The position numbers were made by a program, and so were the translations under genes. The notes below the pieces were generated by a model, which was not told where the DNA came from, did not search any database, and saw nothing but the letters and a program-made list of their open reading frames with translations. DNA of 64,000 nt from Eledone cirrhosa (lineage: Eukaryota): the NCBI GenBank assembly GCA_964016885.1, contig OZ024743.1:209188001-209252000 (forward strand). The letters run 5' to 3'. Positions 29,001 through 44,771 of this stretch are shown piece after piece. Position 1 is the stretch's first letter. Each line of letters begins with the position of its first letter.

Positions 29001-32000
29001 CTATGGCCACAGATGAAAGCTCTTCACTCCATAAGATATACCACAGTTTACCACCCTATGGCCACAGATGAAAGCTCTTCACTCCATAAGATATACCACA
29101 GTTTATCATCCTATAGCCACGCCACGGATGAAAGCTCTTTACTCCATAAGATATACCACAGTTTACCATCCTATAGCCACACATGAGAGCTCTTCACTCT
29201 ATAAGATATACCACAGTTTACCATCCTATAGCCACACATGGAAGCTCTTCACTCCATAAGATATACCACAGTTTACCATCTGATAGCCACACATGAAAGC
29301 TCTTCACTCCATAAGATATACCACAGTTTACCATCCTATAGCCAGATGAAAGTTCTTCACTCCATAAGATATACCACAGTTTACCATCCTATAGCCAGAT
29401 GAAAGCTCTTCACTCCATAAGATATACCACAGTTTACCATCCTATAGCCACACATGAAATCTTTTCACTCCACAAGATATACCAGAGTTTACCATCCTAT
29501 AGCCACAGATGAAAGCTGTTCACTCCATAAGTTATACCACAGTTTACCATCCTATAGCCACACATGGAAGCTCTTCACTCCATAAGATATACCACAGTTT
29601 ACCATCCGATAGCCACACATGAAAGCTCTTCACTCCATAAGATATCCCACAGTTTACCATCCTATAGCCAGATGAAAGTTCTTCACTCCATAACATATAC
29701 CACGCTTTACCATCCTATAGCCACACATGAGCTCTTCACTCCATAAGATATACCACAGTTTACCATCCTATAGCCACACATGAAAGCTCCTCACTCCATA
29801 AGATATACCACAGTTTACCATCCTATAGCCAGATGAGAGCTCTTCACTCCATAAGATATACCACAGTTTACCATCCTATAGCCACACATGAAAGCTCTTC
29901 ACTCCATAAGATATACCACAGTTTACCATCCTATAGCCACACATGAAAGCTCTTCCCTCCATAAGATATACCACAGTTTACCATCCTATGGCCACAGATG
30001 AAAGCTCTTCACTCCATAAGATATACCACAGTTTACCATCCTATAGACACACATGAAATTTCTTCACTCCATAAGATATACCACAGTTTACCATCGTATA
30101 GCCACACATGAAAACTCTTCACTCCATAAGATATACCACAGTTTACCATTCTATGGCCAGAGATGAAAGCTCTTCACTCCATAAGATATACCACAGTTTA
30201 CAATCCTAGAGCCACACATGAAAGCTCTTCACTCCATAAGATATAACACAGTTTACCATCCTATAGCCACACATGAGAGCTCTTCACTCTATGAGATATA
30301 CCACAGTTTACCATCCTATAGCCACACATGGAAGCTCTTCACTCCATAAGATATACCACAGTTTACCATCCGATAGCCACACATGAAAGCTCTTCACTCC
30401 ATAAGATATACCACAGTTTACCATCCTATAGCCAGATGAAAGTTCTTCACTCACTAAGATATACCACAGTATACCATCCTATAGCCACACATGAAAGCTC
30501 TTCACTCCATAAGATATACCACAGTTTACCATCCTATAGCCACCGATAAAAGCTCTTCACACCATAAGATATACCACAGTTTACCATCCTATAGCCAGAT
30601 GAAAGCTCTTCACTCCATAAGATATACCACAGTTTACCATCCTATAGCCACGCATGAAAGCTCTTCACTCCATAAGATATACCACAGTTTACCATCCTAT
30701 AGCCACAGATGAAAGCTGTTCACTCCATTAGATATACCACATTTTACCATCCTATAGCCACACATTAAAGTTCTTCACTCCATAAGATATACCACAGTTT
30801 ACCATCCTATAGCCACACATGGAAGCTCTTCACTCCATAAGATATACCACAGTTTATCATCCTATAGCCACACTTGAAAGCTCTTCACTCCATAAGATAT
30901 GCCACAGTTTACCATCCTATAGCCACACATGGAACCTCTTCACTCCATAAGATATACCACAGTTTACCATCCTATAGCCACAGATGAAAGCTCTTCACAC
31001 CATAAGATATACCACAGTTTACCATCCTATAGCCAGATGAAAGCTCTTCACTCCATAAGATATACCACAGTTTACCATCCTATAGCCACACATGAAAGCT
31101 GTTCACTCCATAAGATATACCACAGTTTACGATCCTGTAGCCACACATGAAATCTCTTCACTCCATAAGATATACCAGAGTTTACCCTCCTATAGCCACA
31201 GATGAAAGTTGTTCACTCCATAAGTTATACCACAGTTTACCATCCTATAGCCACAGATGAAAGCTCTTCACTCCATAACATATACCACAGTTTACCATCC
31301 TATAGCTACACATGGAAGCTCTTCACTCCATAAGATATACCACAGTTTACCATCCTATAGCAACACATGAAAGCTCTTCACTCCATAAGATATACCACAG
31401 TTTACCATCCTATATCCAGATTAAAGCTCTTCACTCCATAAGATATACCACAGTTTACCATCCTATAATCACACATGAAAGCTCTTCACTCCATAAGATA
31501 TACCACAGTTTACCATCCTATAGCCATGCATGAAAGCTCTTCACTCCATAGGATATACCACAGTTTACCATCCTATAGCCACACATGAAATCTTTTCACT
31601 CCATAAGATATACCAGAGTTTACCATCCTATAATCACACATGAAAGCTCTTCACTCCATAAAATATACCACAGTTTACCATCCTATAGCCATGCATGAAA
31701 GCTCTTCAATCCATAAGATATACCACAGTTTACCATCCTATAGCCACACATGAAATCTTTTCACTCCATAAGATATACCAGAGTTTACCATCCTATAGCC
31801 ACGGATGAAAGCTCTTCACTCCATAAGTTATACCACAGTTTACCATCCTATAGCCACAGATGAAAGCTCTTCACACCATAGGATATACCACAGTTTACCA
31901 TCCTATAGCCAGATGAAAGCTCTTCACTCCATAAGATGTACCACAGTTTACCATCCTATAAGCCACGCATGAAAGCTCTTCACTCCATAAGATATGCCAC

Positions 32001-35000
32001 AGTTTACCATCCTGTAGCCACACATGGAAGCTCTTCACTCCATAAGATATACCACAGTTTACCATCCGATAGCCACACATGAAAGCTCTTCACTCCATAA
32101 GATATCCCACAGTTTACCATCCTATAGCCAGATGAAAGTTCTTCACTCCATAACATATACCACACTTTACCATCCTATAGCAACACATGAGCTCTTCACT
32201 CCATAAGATATACCACAGTTTACCATCCTATAGCCACACATGAAAGCTCCTCACTCCATAAGATATACCACAGTTTACCATCCTATAGCCAGATGAAAGC
32301 TCTTCACTCCATAAGATATACCACAGTTAACCATCCTATAGCCACACATGAAAGCTCTTCACTCCATAAGATATACCACAGTTTACCATCCTATAGCCAC
32401 ACATGAAAGCTCTTCCCTCCATAAGATATACCACAGTTTACCATCCTATGGCCACAGATGAAAGCTCTTCACTCCATAAGATATACCACAGTTTACCATC
32501 CTATAGACACACATGAAATTTCTTCACTCCATAAGATATACCACAGTTTACCATTCTATGGCCAGAGATGAAAGCTCTTCACTCCATAAGATATACCACA
32601 GTTTACAATCCTATAGCCACACATGAAAGCTCTTCACTCCATAAGATATAACACAGTTTACCATCCTATAGCCACACATGAGAGCTCTTCACTCTATGAG
32701 ATATACCACAGTTTACCATCCTATAGCCACACATGGAAGCTCTTCACTCCATAAGATATACCACAGTTTACCATCCTATAGCCACACATGAAAGCTCTTC
32801 ACTCCATAAGATATACCACAGTTTACCATCCTATAGCCAGATGAAAGTTCTTCACTCACTAAGATATACCACAGTATACCATCCTATAGCCACACATGAA
32901 AGCTCTTCACTCCATAAGATATACCACAGTTTACCATCCTATAGCCACAGATAAAAGCTCTTCACACCATAAGATATACCACAGTTTACCATCCTATAGC
33001 CAGATGAAAGCTCTTCACTCCATAAGATATACCACAGTTTACCATCCTATAGCCACGCATGAAAGCTCTTCACTCCATAAGATATACCACAGTTTACCAT
33101 CCTATAGCCACAGATGAAAGCTGTTCACTCCATAAGATATACCACATTTTATCATCCTATAGCCACACATGAAAGTTCTTCACTCCATAAGATATACCAC
33201 AGTTTACCATCCTATAGCCACACATGGAAGCTCTTCACTCCATAAGATATACCACAGTTTATCATCCTATAGCCACACATGAAAGCTCTTCACTCCATAA
33301 GATATACCACAGTTTACCATCCTATGGCCACAGATGAAAGCTGTTCACTCCATAAGATATAACACAGTTTACCATCCTATAGCCACACATGAGAGCTCTT
33401 CACTCTATAAGATATACCACAGTTTACCATCCTATAGCCACACATGGAACCTCTTCACTCCATAAGATATACCACAGTTTACCATCCTATAGCCACAGAT
33501 GAAAGCTCTTCACACCATAAGATATACCACAGTTTACCATCCTATAGCCAGATGAAAGCTCTTCACTCCATAAGATATACCACAGTTTACCATCCTATAG
33601 CCACACATGGAAGCTCTTCACTCCATAAGATATACCACAGTTTACCATCGTATAGCAACACATGAAAGCTCTTCACTCCATAAGATATACCACAGTTTAC
33701 CATCCTATATCCAGATTAAAGCTCTTCACTCCATAAGATATACCACAGTTTACCATCCTATAATCACACATGAAAGCTCTTCACTCCATAAGATATACCA
33801 CAGTTTACCATCCTATAGCCATGCATGAAAGCTCTTCACTCCATAAGATATACCACAGTTTACCATCCTATAGCCACACATGAAATCTTTTCACTCCATA
33901 AGATATACCAGAGTTTACCATCCTATAATCACACATGAAAGCTCTTCACTCCATAAAATATACCACAGTTTACCATCCTATAGCCATGCATGAAAGCTCT
34001 TCAATCCATAAGATATACCACAGTTTACCATCCTATAGCCACACATGAAATCTTTTCACTCCATAAGATATACCAGAGTTTACCATCCTATAGCCACGGA
34101 TGAAAGCTCTTCACTCCATAAGTTATACCACAGTTTACCATCCTATAGCCACAGATGAAAGCTCTTCACACCATAAGATATACCAGAGTTTACCATCCTA
34201 TAGCAAGATGAAAGCTCTTCACTCCATAAGATATACCACAGTTTAACATCCTATAGCCACACATGAAAGCTCTTCACTCCATAAGATATACCACAGTTTA
34301 CCATCCTATAGTCACAGATGAAAGCTCTTCACACCATAGGATATACCACAGTTTACCATCCTATAGCCAGATGAAAGCTCTTCACTCCATAAGATGTACC
34401 ACAGTTTACCATCCTATAAGCCACGCATGAAAGCTCTTCACTCCATAAGATATACCACAGTTTACCATCCTGTAGCCACACATGGAAGCTCTTCACTCCA
34501 TAAGATATACCACAGTTTACCATCCGATAGCCACACATGAAAGCTCTTCACTCCATAAGATATCCCACAGTTTACCATCCTATAGCCAGATGAAAGTTCT
34601 TCACTCCATAACATATACCACACTTTACCATCCTATAGCCACACATGAGCTCTTCACTCCATAAGATATACCACAGTTTACCATCCTATAGCCACACATG
34701 AAAGCTCCTCACTCCATAAGATATACCACAGTTTACCATCCTATAGCCAGATGAAAGCTCTTCACTCCATAAGATATACCACAGTTTACCATCCTATAGC
34801 CACACATGAAAGCTCTTCACTCCATAAGATATACCACAGTTTACCATCCTATAGCCACACATGAAAGCTCTTCCCTCCATAAGATATACCACAGTTTACC
34901 ATCCTATGGCCACAGATGAAAGCTCTTCACTCCATAAGATATACCACAGTTTACCATCCTATAGACACACATGAAATTTCTTCACTCCATAAGATATACC

Positions 35001-38000
35001 ACAGTTTACCATTCTATGGCCAGAGATGAAAGCTCTTCACTCCATAAGATATACCACAGTTTACAATCCTATAGCCACACATGAAAGCTCTTCACTCCAT
35101 AAGATATAACACAGTTTACCATCCTATAGCCACACATGAGAGCTCTTCACTCTATGAGATATACCACAGTTTACCATCCTATAGCCACACATGGAAGCTC
35201 TTCACTCCATAAGATATACCACAGTTTACCATCCTATAGCCACACATGAAAGCTCTTCACTCCATAAGATATACCACAGTTTACCATCCTATAGCCAGAT
35301 GAAAGTTCTTCACTCACTAAGATATACCACAGTATACCATCCTATAGCCACACATGAAAGCTCTTCACTCCATAAGATATACCACAGTTTACCATCCTAT
35401 AGCCACAGATAAAAGCTCTTCACACCATAAGATATACCACAGTTTACCATCCTATAGCCAGATGAAAGCTCTTCACTCCATAAGATATACCACAGTTTAC
35501 CATCCTATAGCCACGCATGAAAGCTCTTCACTCCATAAGATATACCACAGTTTACCATCCTATAGCCACAGATGAAAGCTGTTCACTCCATAAGATATAC
35601 CACATTTTACCATCCTATAGCCACACATGAAAGTTCTTCACTCCATAAGATATACCACAGTTTACCATCCTATAGCCACACATGGAAGCTCTTCACTCCA
35701 TAAGATATACCACAGTTTATCATCCTATAGCCACACATGAAAGCTCTTCACTCCATAAGATATACCACAGTTTACCATCCTATGGCCACAGATGAAAGCT
35801 GTTCACTCCATAAGATATAACACAGTTTACCATCCTATAGCCACACATGAGAGCTCTTCACTCTATAAGATATACCACAGTTTACCATCCTATAGCCACA
35901 CATGGAACCTCTTCACTCCATAAGATATACCACAGTTTACCATCCTATAGCCACAGATGAAAGCTCTTCACACCATAAGATATACCACAGTTTACCATCC
36001 TATAGCCAGATGAAAGCTCTTCACTCCATAAGATATACCACAGTTTACCATCCTATAGCCACACATGAAAGCTGTTCACTCCATAAGATATACCACAGTT
36101 TACCATTCTATAGCCACACATGAAATCTCTTCACTCCATAAGATATACCAGAGTTTACCATCCTATAGCCACAGATGAAAGCTGTTCACTCCATAAGTTA
36201 TACCACAGTTTACCATCCTATAGCCACAGATGAAAGCTCTTCACTCCATAACATATACCACAGTTTACCATCCTATAGCTACACATGGAAGCTCTTCACT
36301 CCATAAGATATACCACAGTTTACCATCCTATAGCCACGCATGAAAGCTCTTCACTCCATAAGATATACCACAGTTTACCATCCTATGGCCACAGATGAAA
36401 GCTGTTCACTCCATAAGATATAACACAGTTTACCATCCTATAGCCACACATGAGAGCTCTTCACTCTATAAGATATACCACAGTTTACGATCCTATAGCC
36501 ACACATGGAAGCTCTTCACTCCATAAGATATACCACAGTTTACCATCTGATAGCCACACATGAAAGCTCTTCACTCCATAAGATATACCACAGTTTACCA
36601 TCCTATAGCCAGATGAAAGTTCTTCACTCCATAAGATATACCACAGTTTACCATCCTATAATCACACATGAAAGCTCTTCACTCCATAAGATATACCACA
36701 GTTTACCATCCTATAGCCATGCATGAAAGCTCTTCACTCCATAAGATATACCACAGTTTACCATCCTATAGCCACACATGAAATCTTTTCACTCCATAAG
36801 ATATACCAGAGTTTACCATCCTATAGCCACAGATGAAAGCTCTTCACTCCATAAGTTATACCACAGTTTACCATCCTATAGCCACAGATGAAAGCTCTTC
36901 ACACCATAAGATATACCAGAGTTTACCATCCTATAGCCAGATGAAAGCTCTTCACTCCATAAGATATACCACAGTTTACCATCCTATAGCCACACATGAA
37001 AGCTCTTCACTCCATAAGATATACCACAGTTTACCATCCTATAGCCACAGATGAAAGCTCTTCACACCATAAGATATACCACAGTTTACCATCCTATAGC
37101 CAGATGAAAGCTCTTCACTCCATAAGATGTACCACAGTTTACCATCCTATAAGCCACGCATGAAAGCTCTTCACTCCATAAGATATACCACAGTTTACCA
37201 TCCTGTAGCCACACATGGAAGATCTTCACTCCATAAGATATACCACAGTTTACCATCCGATAGCCACACATGAAAGCTCTTCACTCCATAAGATATCCCA
37301 CAGTTTACCATCCTATAGCCAGATGAAAGTTCTTCACTCCATAACATATACCACACTTTACCATCCTATAGCCACACATGGGCTCTTCACTCCATAAGAT
37401 ATACCACAGTTTACCATCCTATAGCCACACATGAAAGCTCCTCACTCCATAAGATATACCACAGTTTACCATCCTATAGCCACACATGAAAGCTCTTCAC
37501 TCCATAAGATATACCACAGTTTACCATCCTATAGCCACACATGGAAGCTCTTCACTCCATAAGATATACCACAGTTTACCATCCTATAGCCACACATGAA
37601 AGCTCTTCACTCCATAACATATACCACAGTTTACCATCCTATAGCCACAGATGAAAGCTCTTCACTCCATAAGATATACCACAGTTTACCATCCTATAGC
37701 CACAGATGAAAGCTCTTCACTCCATAACATATACCACAGTTTACCATCCTATTGCCACACATGAGAGCTCTTCACTCCATAAGATATACCACAGTTTACC
37801 ATCCTATAGCCACACATGAAAGCTCTTCACTCCATAAGTTATACCACAGTTTACGATCCTATAGCCAGATGAACGCTTTTCACTGCATAAGATATACCAC
37901 AGTTTACCATCATATAGCCACACATTAAAGCTCTTCACTCCATAACATATACCACAGTTTACCATCCTATGGCCACAGATAAAAGCTCTTCACTCCATAA

Positions 38001-38400
38001 GATATACCACAGTTTACCACCCTATGGCCACAGATGAAAGCTCTTCACTCCATAAGATATACAACAGTTTACCATCCTATACCCACGCCACGGATGAAAG
38101 CTCTTCACTCCATAAGATATACCACAGTTTACCATCCTATAGCCACACATGAAAACTCATCACTCCATAAGATATACCACAGTTTACCATCCTATGGCCA
38201 GAGATGAAAGCTCTTCACTCCATAAGATATACCACAATTTACCATCCTATAGCCAGATGAAAGCTCTTCACTCCATAAGATGTACCACAGTTTACCATCC
38301 TATAGCCACGCATGAAAGCTCTTCACTCCATAATATATACCACATTTTACCATCCTATAGCCACAGATGAAAGCTCTTCACTCCATAAAATATACCACAC
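23000..38400 (+). repeat. Higher-order repeat domain B, about 2.4-2.7-kb units
   Basis: Recurrent markers are TCACTCACTAAG, GATAAAAGC, GGAACCTC, CCTATAAGCCACGC (56-mer) and GATATCCCAC. Offsets are 2568 (23157/25725), 2458 (32024/34482, 32733/35191, 33444/35902), 7171 (23157/30328, 23758/30929, 24141/31312) and 9466 (24141/33607, 25016/34482, 25725/35191). An older-type block intervenes at about 26.6-29.2 kb. Confidence 0.8.
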
Positions 38401-41400
38401 TTTACCATCCTATAGCCACACATGAGCTCTTCACTGCATAAGATATACCACAGTTTACCATCCTATAGCCACACATGAAAGCTCTTCACTCCATAAGATA
38501 TACCACAGTTTACCATCCTATAGCCAGATGAAAGCTCTTCACTCCACAATATATACCACAGTTTACCATCCTATAGCCATGCATGCAAGCTCTTCACTCC
38601 ATAAGATATACCACAGTTTACCATCCTATGACCACAGATGAAAGCTGTTCACTCCATAAGATATAACACAGTTTACCATCCTATAGCCACACATGAGAGC
38701 TCTTCACTCTATAAGATATACCACAGTTTACCATCCTATAGCCACACATGGAAGCTCTTCACACCATAAGATATACCACAGTTTACCATCTGATAGCCAC
38801 ACATGAAAGCTCTTCACTTCATAAGATATACCACAGTTTACCATCCTATAGCCAGATGAAAGTTCTTCACTCCATAAGATATACCACAGTTTACCATCCT
38901 ATAATCACACATGAAAGCTCTTCACTCCATAAGATATACCACAGTTTACCATCCTATAGCCAGATGAAAGCTCTTCACTCCATAATATATACCACAGTTT
39001 ACCATCCTATAGCCACACGTGAAATCTTTTCACTCCATAAGATATACCAGAGTTTACCATCCTATAGCCACAGATGAAAACTCTTCACTCCATAACATAT
39101 ACCACAGTTTACCATCCTATAGCCACACATGAGAGCTCTTCACTCTATATGATATACCACAGTTTACCATCCTATAGCCACACATGGAAGCTCTTCACTC
39201 CATAAGATATACCACAGTTTAACATCTTATAGTCACACATGAAATCTCTTCACTCCATAAGATATACCACAGTTTACCATCCTATAGCCAGATGAAAGCT
39301 CTTCACTCCATAAGATATACCACAGTTTACCATCCTATAGCCACAGATGATAGCTCCTCACTCCATAAGATAAACCACAGTTTACCATCCTATAGCCACA
39401 GATGAAAGCTGTTCACTCCATAAGATATACCACATTTTACCATCCTATAGCCACACATGGAAGCTCTTCACTCCATAAGATATACCACAGTTTACCATCC
39501 TATAGCCACACATGAAATCTTTTCACTCCATAAGATATAACAGATTTTACCATCCTATAGCCACAGATGAAAGCTGTTCACTCCATAAGTTATACCACAG
39601 TTTACCATCCTATAGCCACAGATGAAAGCTCTTCACTCCATAACATATACCACAGTTTACCATCCTATAGCTACACATGGAAGCTCTTCACTCCATAAGA
39701 TATACCACAGTTTACCATCCTATAGCCACACATGAAAGCTCTTCACTCCATAAGATATACCACAGTTTACCATCCTATTGCCAGATTAAAGCTCTTCACT
39801 CCATAAGATAAACCACAGTTTACCATCCTATAGCCATGCATGCAAGCTCTTCACTCCATAAGATATACCACAGTTTACCATCTGATAGCCACACATGAAA
39901 GCTCTTCACTTCATAAGATATACCACAGTTTACCATCCTATAGCCAGATGAAAGTTCTTCACTCCATAAGATATACCACAGTTTACCATCCTATAGCCAT
40001 GCATGAAAGCTCTTCACTCCATAAGATATACCACAGTTTACCATCCTATAGCCACACATGAAATCTTTTCACTCCATAAGATATAACAGAGTTTACCATC
40101 CTATAGCCACAGATGAAAGCTGTTCACTCCATAAGTTATACCACAGTTTACCATCCTATAGCCACAGATGAAAGCTCTTCACTCCATAAAATATACCACA
40201 GTTTACCATCCTATAGCTACACATGGAAGCTCTTCACTCCATAAGATATACCACAGTTTACCATCCTATAGCCACACATGAAAGCTCTTCACTCCATAAG
40301 GTATACCACAGTTTACCATCCTATAGCCACACATGAGAGCTCTTCACTCTATATGATATACCACAGTTTACCATCCTATAGCCACACATGGAAGCTCTTC
40401 ACTCCATAAGATATACCACAGTTTACCATCCTATAGCCACAGATGAAAGCTCTTCACTATATAAGATATACCACAGTTTAACATCTTATAGTCACACATG
40501 AAATCTCTTCACTCCATAAGATATACCACAGTTTACCATCCTATAGCCAGATGAAAGCTCTTCACTCCATAAGATATACCACAGTTTACCATCCTATAGC
40601 CACAGATGATAGCTCTTCACTCCATAAGATAAACCACAGTTTACCATCCTATAGCCACAGATGAAAGCTGTTCACTCCATAAGATATACCACATTTTACC
40701 ATCCTATAGCCACACATGAAAGTTCTTCACTCCATAAGATATACCACAGTTTACCATCCTATAGCCACACATGGAAGCTCTTCACTCCATAAGATATACC
40801 ACATTTTACCATCCTATAGCCACACATGAAAGTTCTTCACTCCATAAGATATACCACAGTTTACCATCCTATAGCCAGATTAAAGCTCTTCACTCCATAA
40901 GATATACCACAGTTTACCATCCTATAGCCATGCATGCAAGCTCTTCACTCCATAAGATATACCACAGTTTACCATCCTATGACCACAGATGAAAGCTGTT
41001 CACTCCATAAGATATAACACAGTTTACCATCCTATAGCCACACATGAGAGCTCTTCACTCTATAAGATATACCACAGTTTACCATCCTATAGCCACACAT
41101 GGAAGCTCTTCACACCATAAGATATACCACAGTTTACCATCTGATAGCCACACATGAAAGCTCTTCACTTCATAAGATATACCACAGTTTACCATCCTAT
41201 AGCCAGATGAAAGTTCTTCACTCCATAAGATATACCACAGTTTACCATCCTATAATCACACATGAAAGCTCTTCACTCCATAAGATATACCACAGTTTAC
41301 CATCCTATAGCCAGATGAAAGCTCTTCACTCCATAATATATACCACAGTTTACCATCCTATAGCCACACGTGAAATCTTTTCACTCCATAAGATATACCA

Positions 41401-44400
41401 GAGTTTACCATCCTATAGCCACAGATGAAAACTCTTCACTCCATAAGATATACCACAGTTTACCATCCTATAGCCACACATGAGAGCTCTTCACTCTATA
41501 TGATATACCACAGTTTACCATCCTATAGCCACACATGGAAGCTCTTCACTCCATAAGATATACCACAGTTTACCATCCTATAGCCACAGATGAAAGCTCT
41601 TCACTCTATAAGATATACCACAGTTTAACATCTTATAGTCACACATGAAATCTCTTCACTCCATAAGATATACCACAGTTTACCATCCTATAGCCAGATG
41701 AAAGCTCTTCACTCCATAAGATATACCACAGTTTACCATCCTATAGCCACAGATGATAGCTCTTCACTCCATAAGATAAACCACAGTTTACCATCCTATA
41801 GCCACAGATGAAAGCAGTTCACTCCATAAGATATACCACATTTTACCATCCTATAGCCACAGATGAAAGCTCTTCACTCCATAACATATACCACAGTTTA
41901 CCATCCTATTGCCAGATTAAAGCTCTTCACTCCATAAGATAAACCACAGTTTACCATCCTATAGCCATGCATGCAAGCTCTTCACTCCATAAGATATACC
42001 ACAGTTTACCATCCTATGACCACAGATGAAAGCTGTTCACTCCATAAGATATAACACAGTTTACCATCCTATAGCCACGCATGAGAGCTCTTCACTCTAT
42101 GAGATATACCACAGTTTACCATCCTATAGTCACACATGAAAGCTGTTCACTCCATAAGATATACCACAGTTTACCATCCTATAGCCAGATGAAAGTTCTT
42201 CACTCCATAAGATATACCACAGTTTACCATCCTATAGCCATGCATGAAAGCTCTTCACTCCATAAGATATACCACAGTTTACCATCCTATAGCCACACAT
42301 GAAATCTTTTCACTCCATAAGATATAACAGAGTTTACCATCCTATAGCCACAGATGAAAGCTGTTCACTCCATAAGTTATACCACAGTTTACCATCCTAT
42401 AGCCACAGATGAAAGCTCTTCACTCCATAACATATACCACAGTTTACCATCCTATAGCTACACATGGAAGCTCTTCACTCCATAAGATATACCACAGTTT
42501 ACCATCCTATAGCCACACATGAAAGCTCTTCACTCCATAAGATATACCACAGTTTACCATCCTATAGCCATGCATGCAAGCTCTTCACTCCATAAGATAT
42601 ACCACAGTTTACCATCCTATGACCACAGATGAAAGCTGTTCACTCCATAAGATATAACGCAGTTTACCATCCTATAGCCACACATGAGAGCTCTTCACTC
42701 TATAAGATATACCACAGTTTACCATCCTATAGCCACACATGGAAGCTCTTCACTCCATAATATATACCACAGTTTACCATCCTGTAGCCACACGTGAAAC
42801 CTTTTCACTCCATAAGATATACCAGAGTTTACCATCCTATAGTCACACATGAAATCTCTTTACTCCATAAGATATACCACAGTTTACCATCCTATAGCCA
42901 GATTAAAGCTCTTCACTCCATAAGATATACCACAGTTTACCATCCTATAGCCACAGATGATAGCTCTTCACTCCATAAGATAAACCACAGTTTACCATCC
43001 TATAGCCACACATGAAAGTTCTTCACTCCATAAGATATACCACAGTTTACCATCCTATAGCCACACATGGAAGCTCTTCACTCCATAAGATATACCACAG
43101 TTTACCATCCTATAGCCACACATGAAATCTTTTCACTCCATAAGATATAACAGAGTTTACCATCCTATAGCCACAGATGAAAGCTGTTCACTCCATAAGT
43201 TATACCACAGTTTACCATCCTATAGCCACAGATGAAAGCCCTTCACTCCATAACATATACCACAGTTTACCATCCTATAGCTACACATGGAAGCTCTTCA
43301 CTCCATAAGATATACCACAGTTTAACATCCTATAGCCACACATGAAAGCTCTTCACTCCATAAGATATACCACAGTTTACCATCCTATAGCCAGATTAAA
43401 GCTCTTCACTCCATAAGATATACCACAGTTTACCATCCTATAGCCATGCATGCAAGCTCTTCACTCCAAAAGATATACCACAGTTTACCATCCTATGACC
43501 ACAGATGAAAGCTGTTCACTCCATAAGATATAACACAGTTTACCATCCTATAGCCACACATGAGAGCTCTTCACTCTATAAGATATACCACAGTTTACAA
43601 TCCTATAGCCACACATGGAAGCTCTTCACTCCATAAGATATACCACAGTTTACCATCTGATAGCCACACATGAAAGCTCTTCACTTCATAAGATATACCA
43701 CAGTTTACCATCCTATAGCCAGATGAAAGTTCTTCACTCCATAAGATATACCACAGTTTACCATCCTATAATCACACATGAAAGCTCTTCACTCCATAAG
43801 ATATACCACAGTTTACCATCCTATAGCCAGATGAAAGCTCTTCACTCCATAAGATATACCACAGTTTACCATCCTATAGCCACACGTGAAATCTTTTCAC
43901 TCCATAAGATATACCAGAGTTTACCATCCTATAGCCACAGATGAAAGCTCTTCACTCCATAACATATACCACAGTTTACCATCCTATAGCCACACATGAG
44001 AGCTCTTCACTCTATAAGATATACCACAGTTTACCATCCTATAGCCACACATGGAAGCTCTTCACTCCATAAGATATACCACAGTTTACCATCCTATAGC
44101 CACAGATGAAAGCTCTTCACTCTATAAGATATACCACAGTTTAACATCTTATAGTCACACATGAAATCTCTTCACTCCATAAGATATACCACAATTTACC
44201 ATCCTATAGCCAGATGAAAGCTCTTCACTCCATAAGATATACCACAGTTTACCATCCTATAGCCACAGATGATAGCTCTACACTCCATAAGATAAACCAC
44301 AGTTTACCATCCTATAGCCACAGATGAAAGCTGTTCACTCCATAAGATATACCACAGTTTACCCTCCTATAGCCACAGATGAAAGCTGTTCACTCCATAA

Positions 44401-44770
44401 GATATACCACATTTTACCATCCTATAGCCACACATGAAAGTTCTTCACTCCATAAGATATACCACAGTTTACCATCCTATAGCCACACATGGAAGCTCTT
44501 CACTCCATAAGATATACCACAGTTTACCATCCTATAGCCACACATGAAAGCTCTTCACTCCATACGATATACCACAGTTTACCATCCTATAGCCAGATTA
44601 AAGCTCTTCACTCCATAAGATATACCACAGTTTACCATCCTATAGCCACGCATGAAATCTCTTCACTCCTTAAGATATACCACAGTTTACCATCCTATGG
44701 CCACAGATGAAAGCTGTTCACTCCATAAGATATAACACAGTTTACCATCCTATAGCCATGCATGAAAGCT
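38400..44770 (+). repeat. Satellite domain C with irregular 2.3-2.5-kb units
   Basis: Markers are GCCATGCATGCAAG, CTATGACCAC, CACTTCATAAG, CACACGTGAAATCTTTT and GCCAGATTAAAG. The 109-aa repeat ORFs start at 38748, 41099 and 43615 (spacings 2351 and 2516). Confidence 0.7.
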
Positions 44771-44771
44771 C

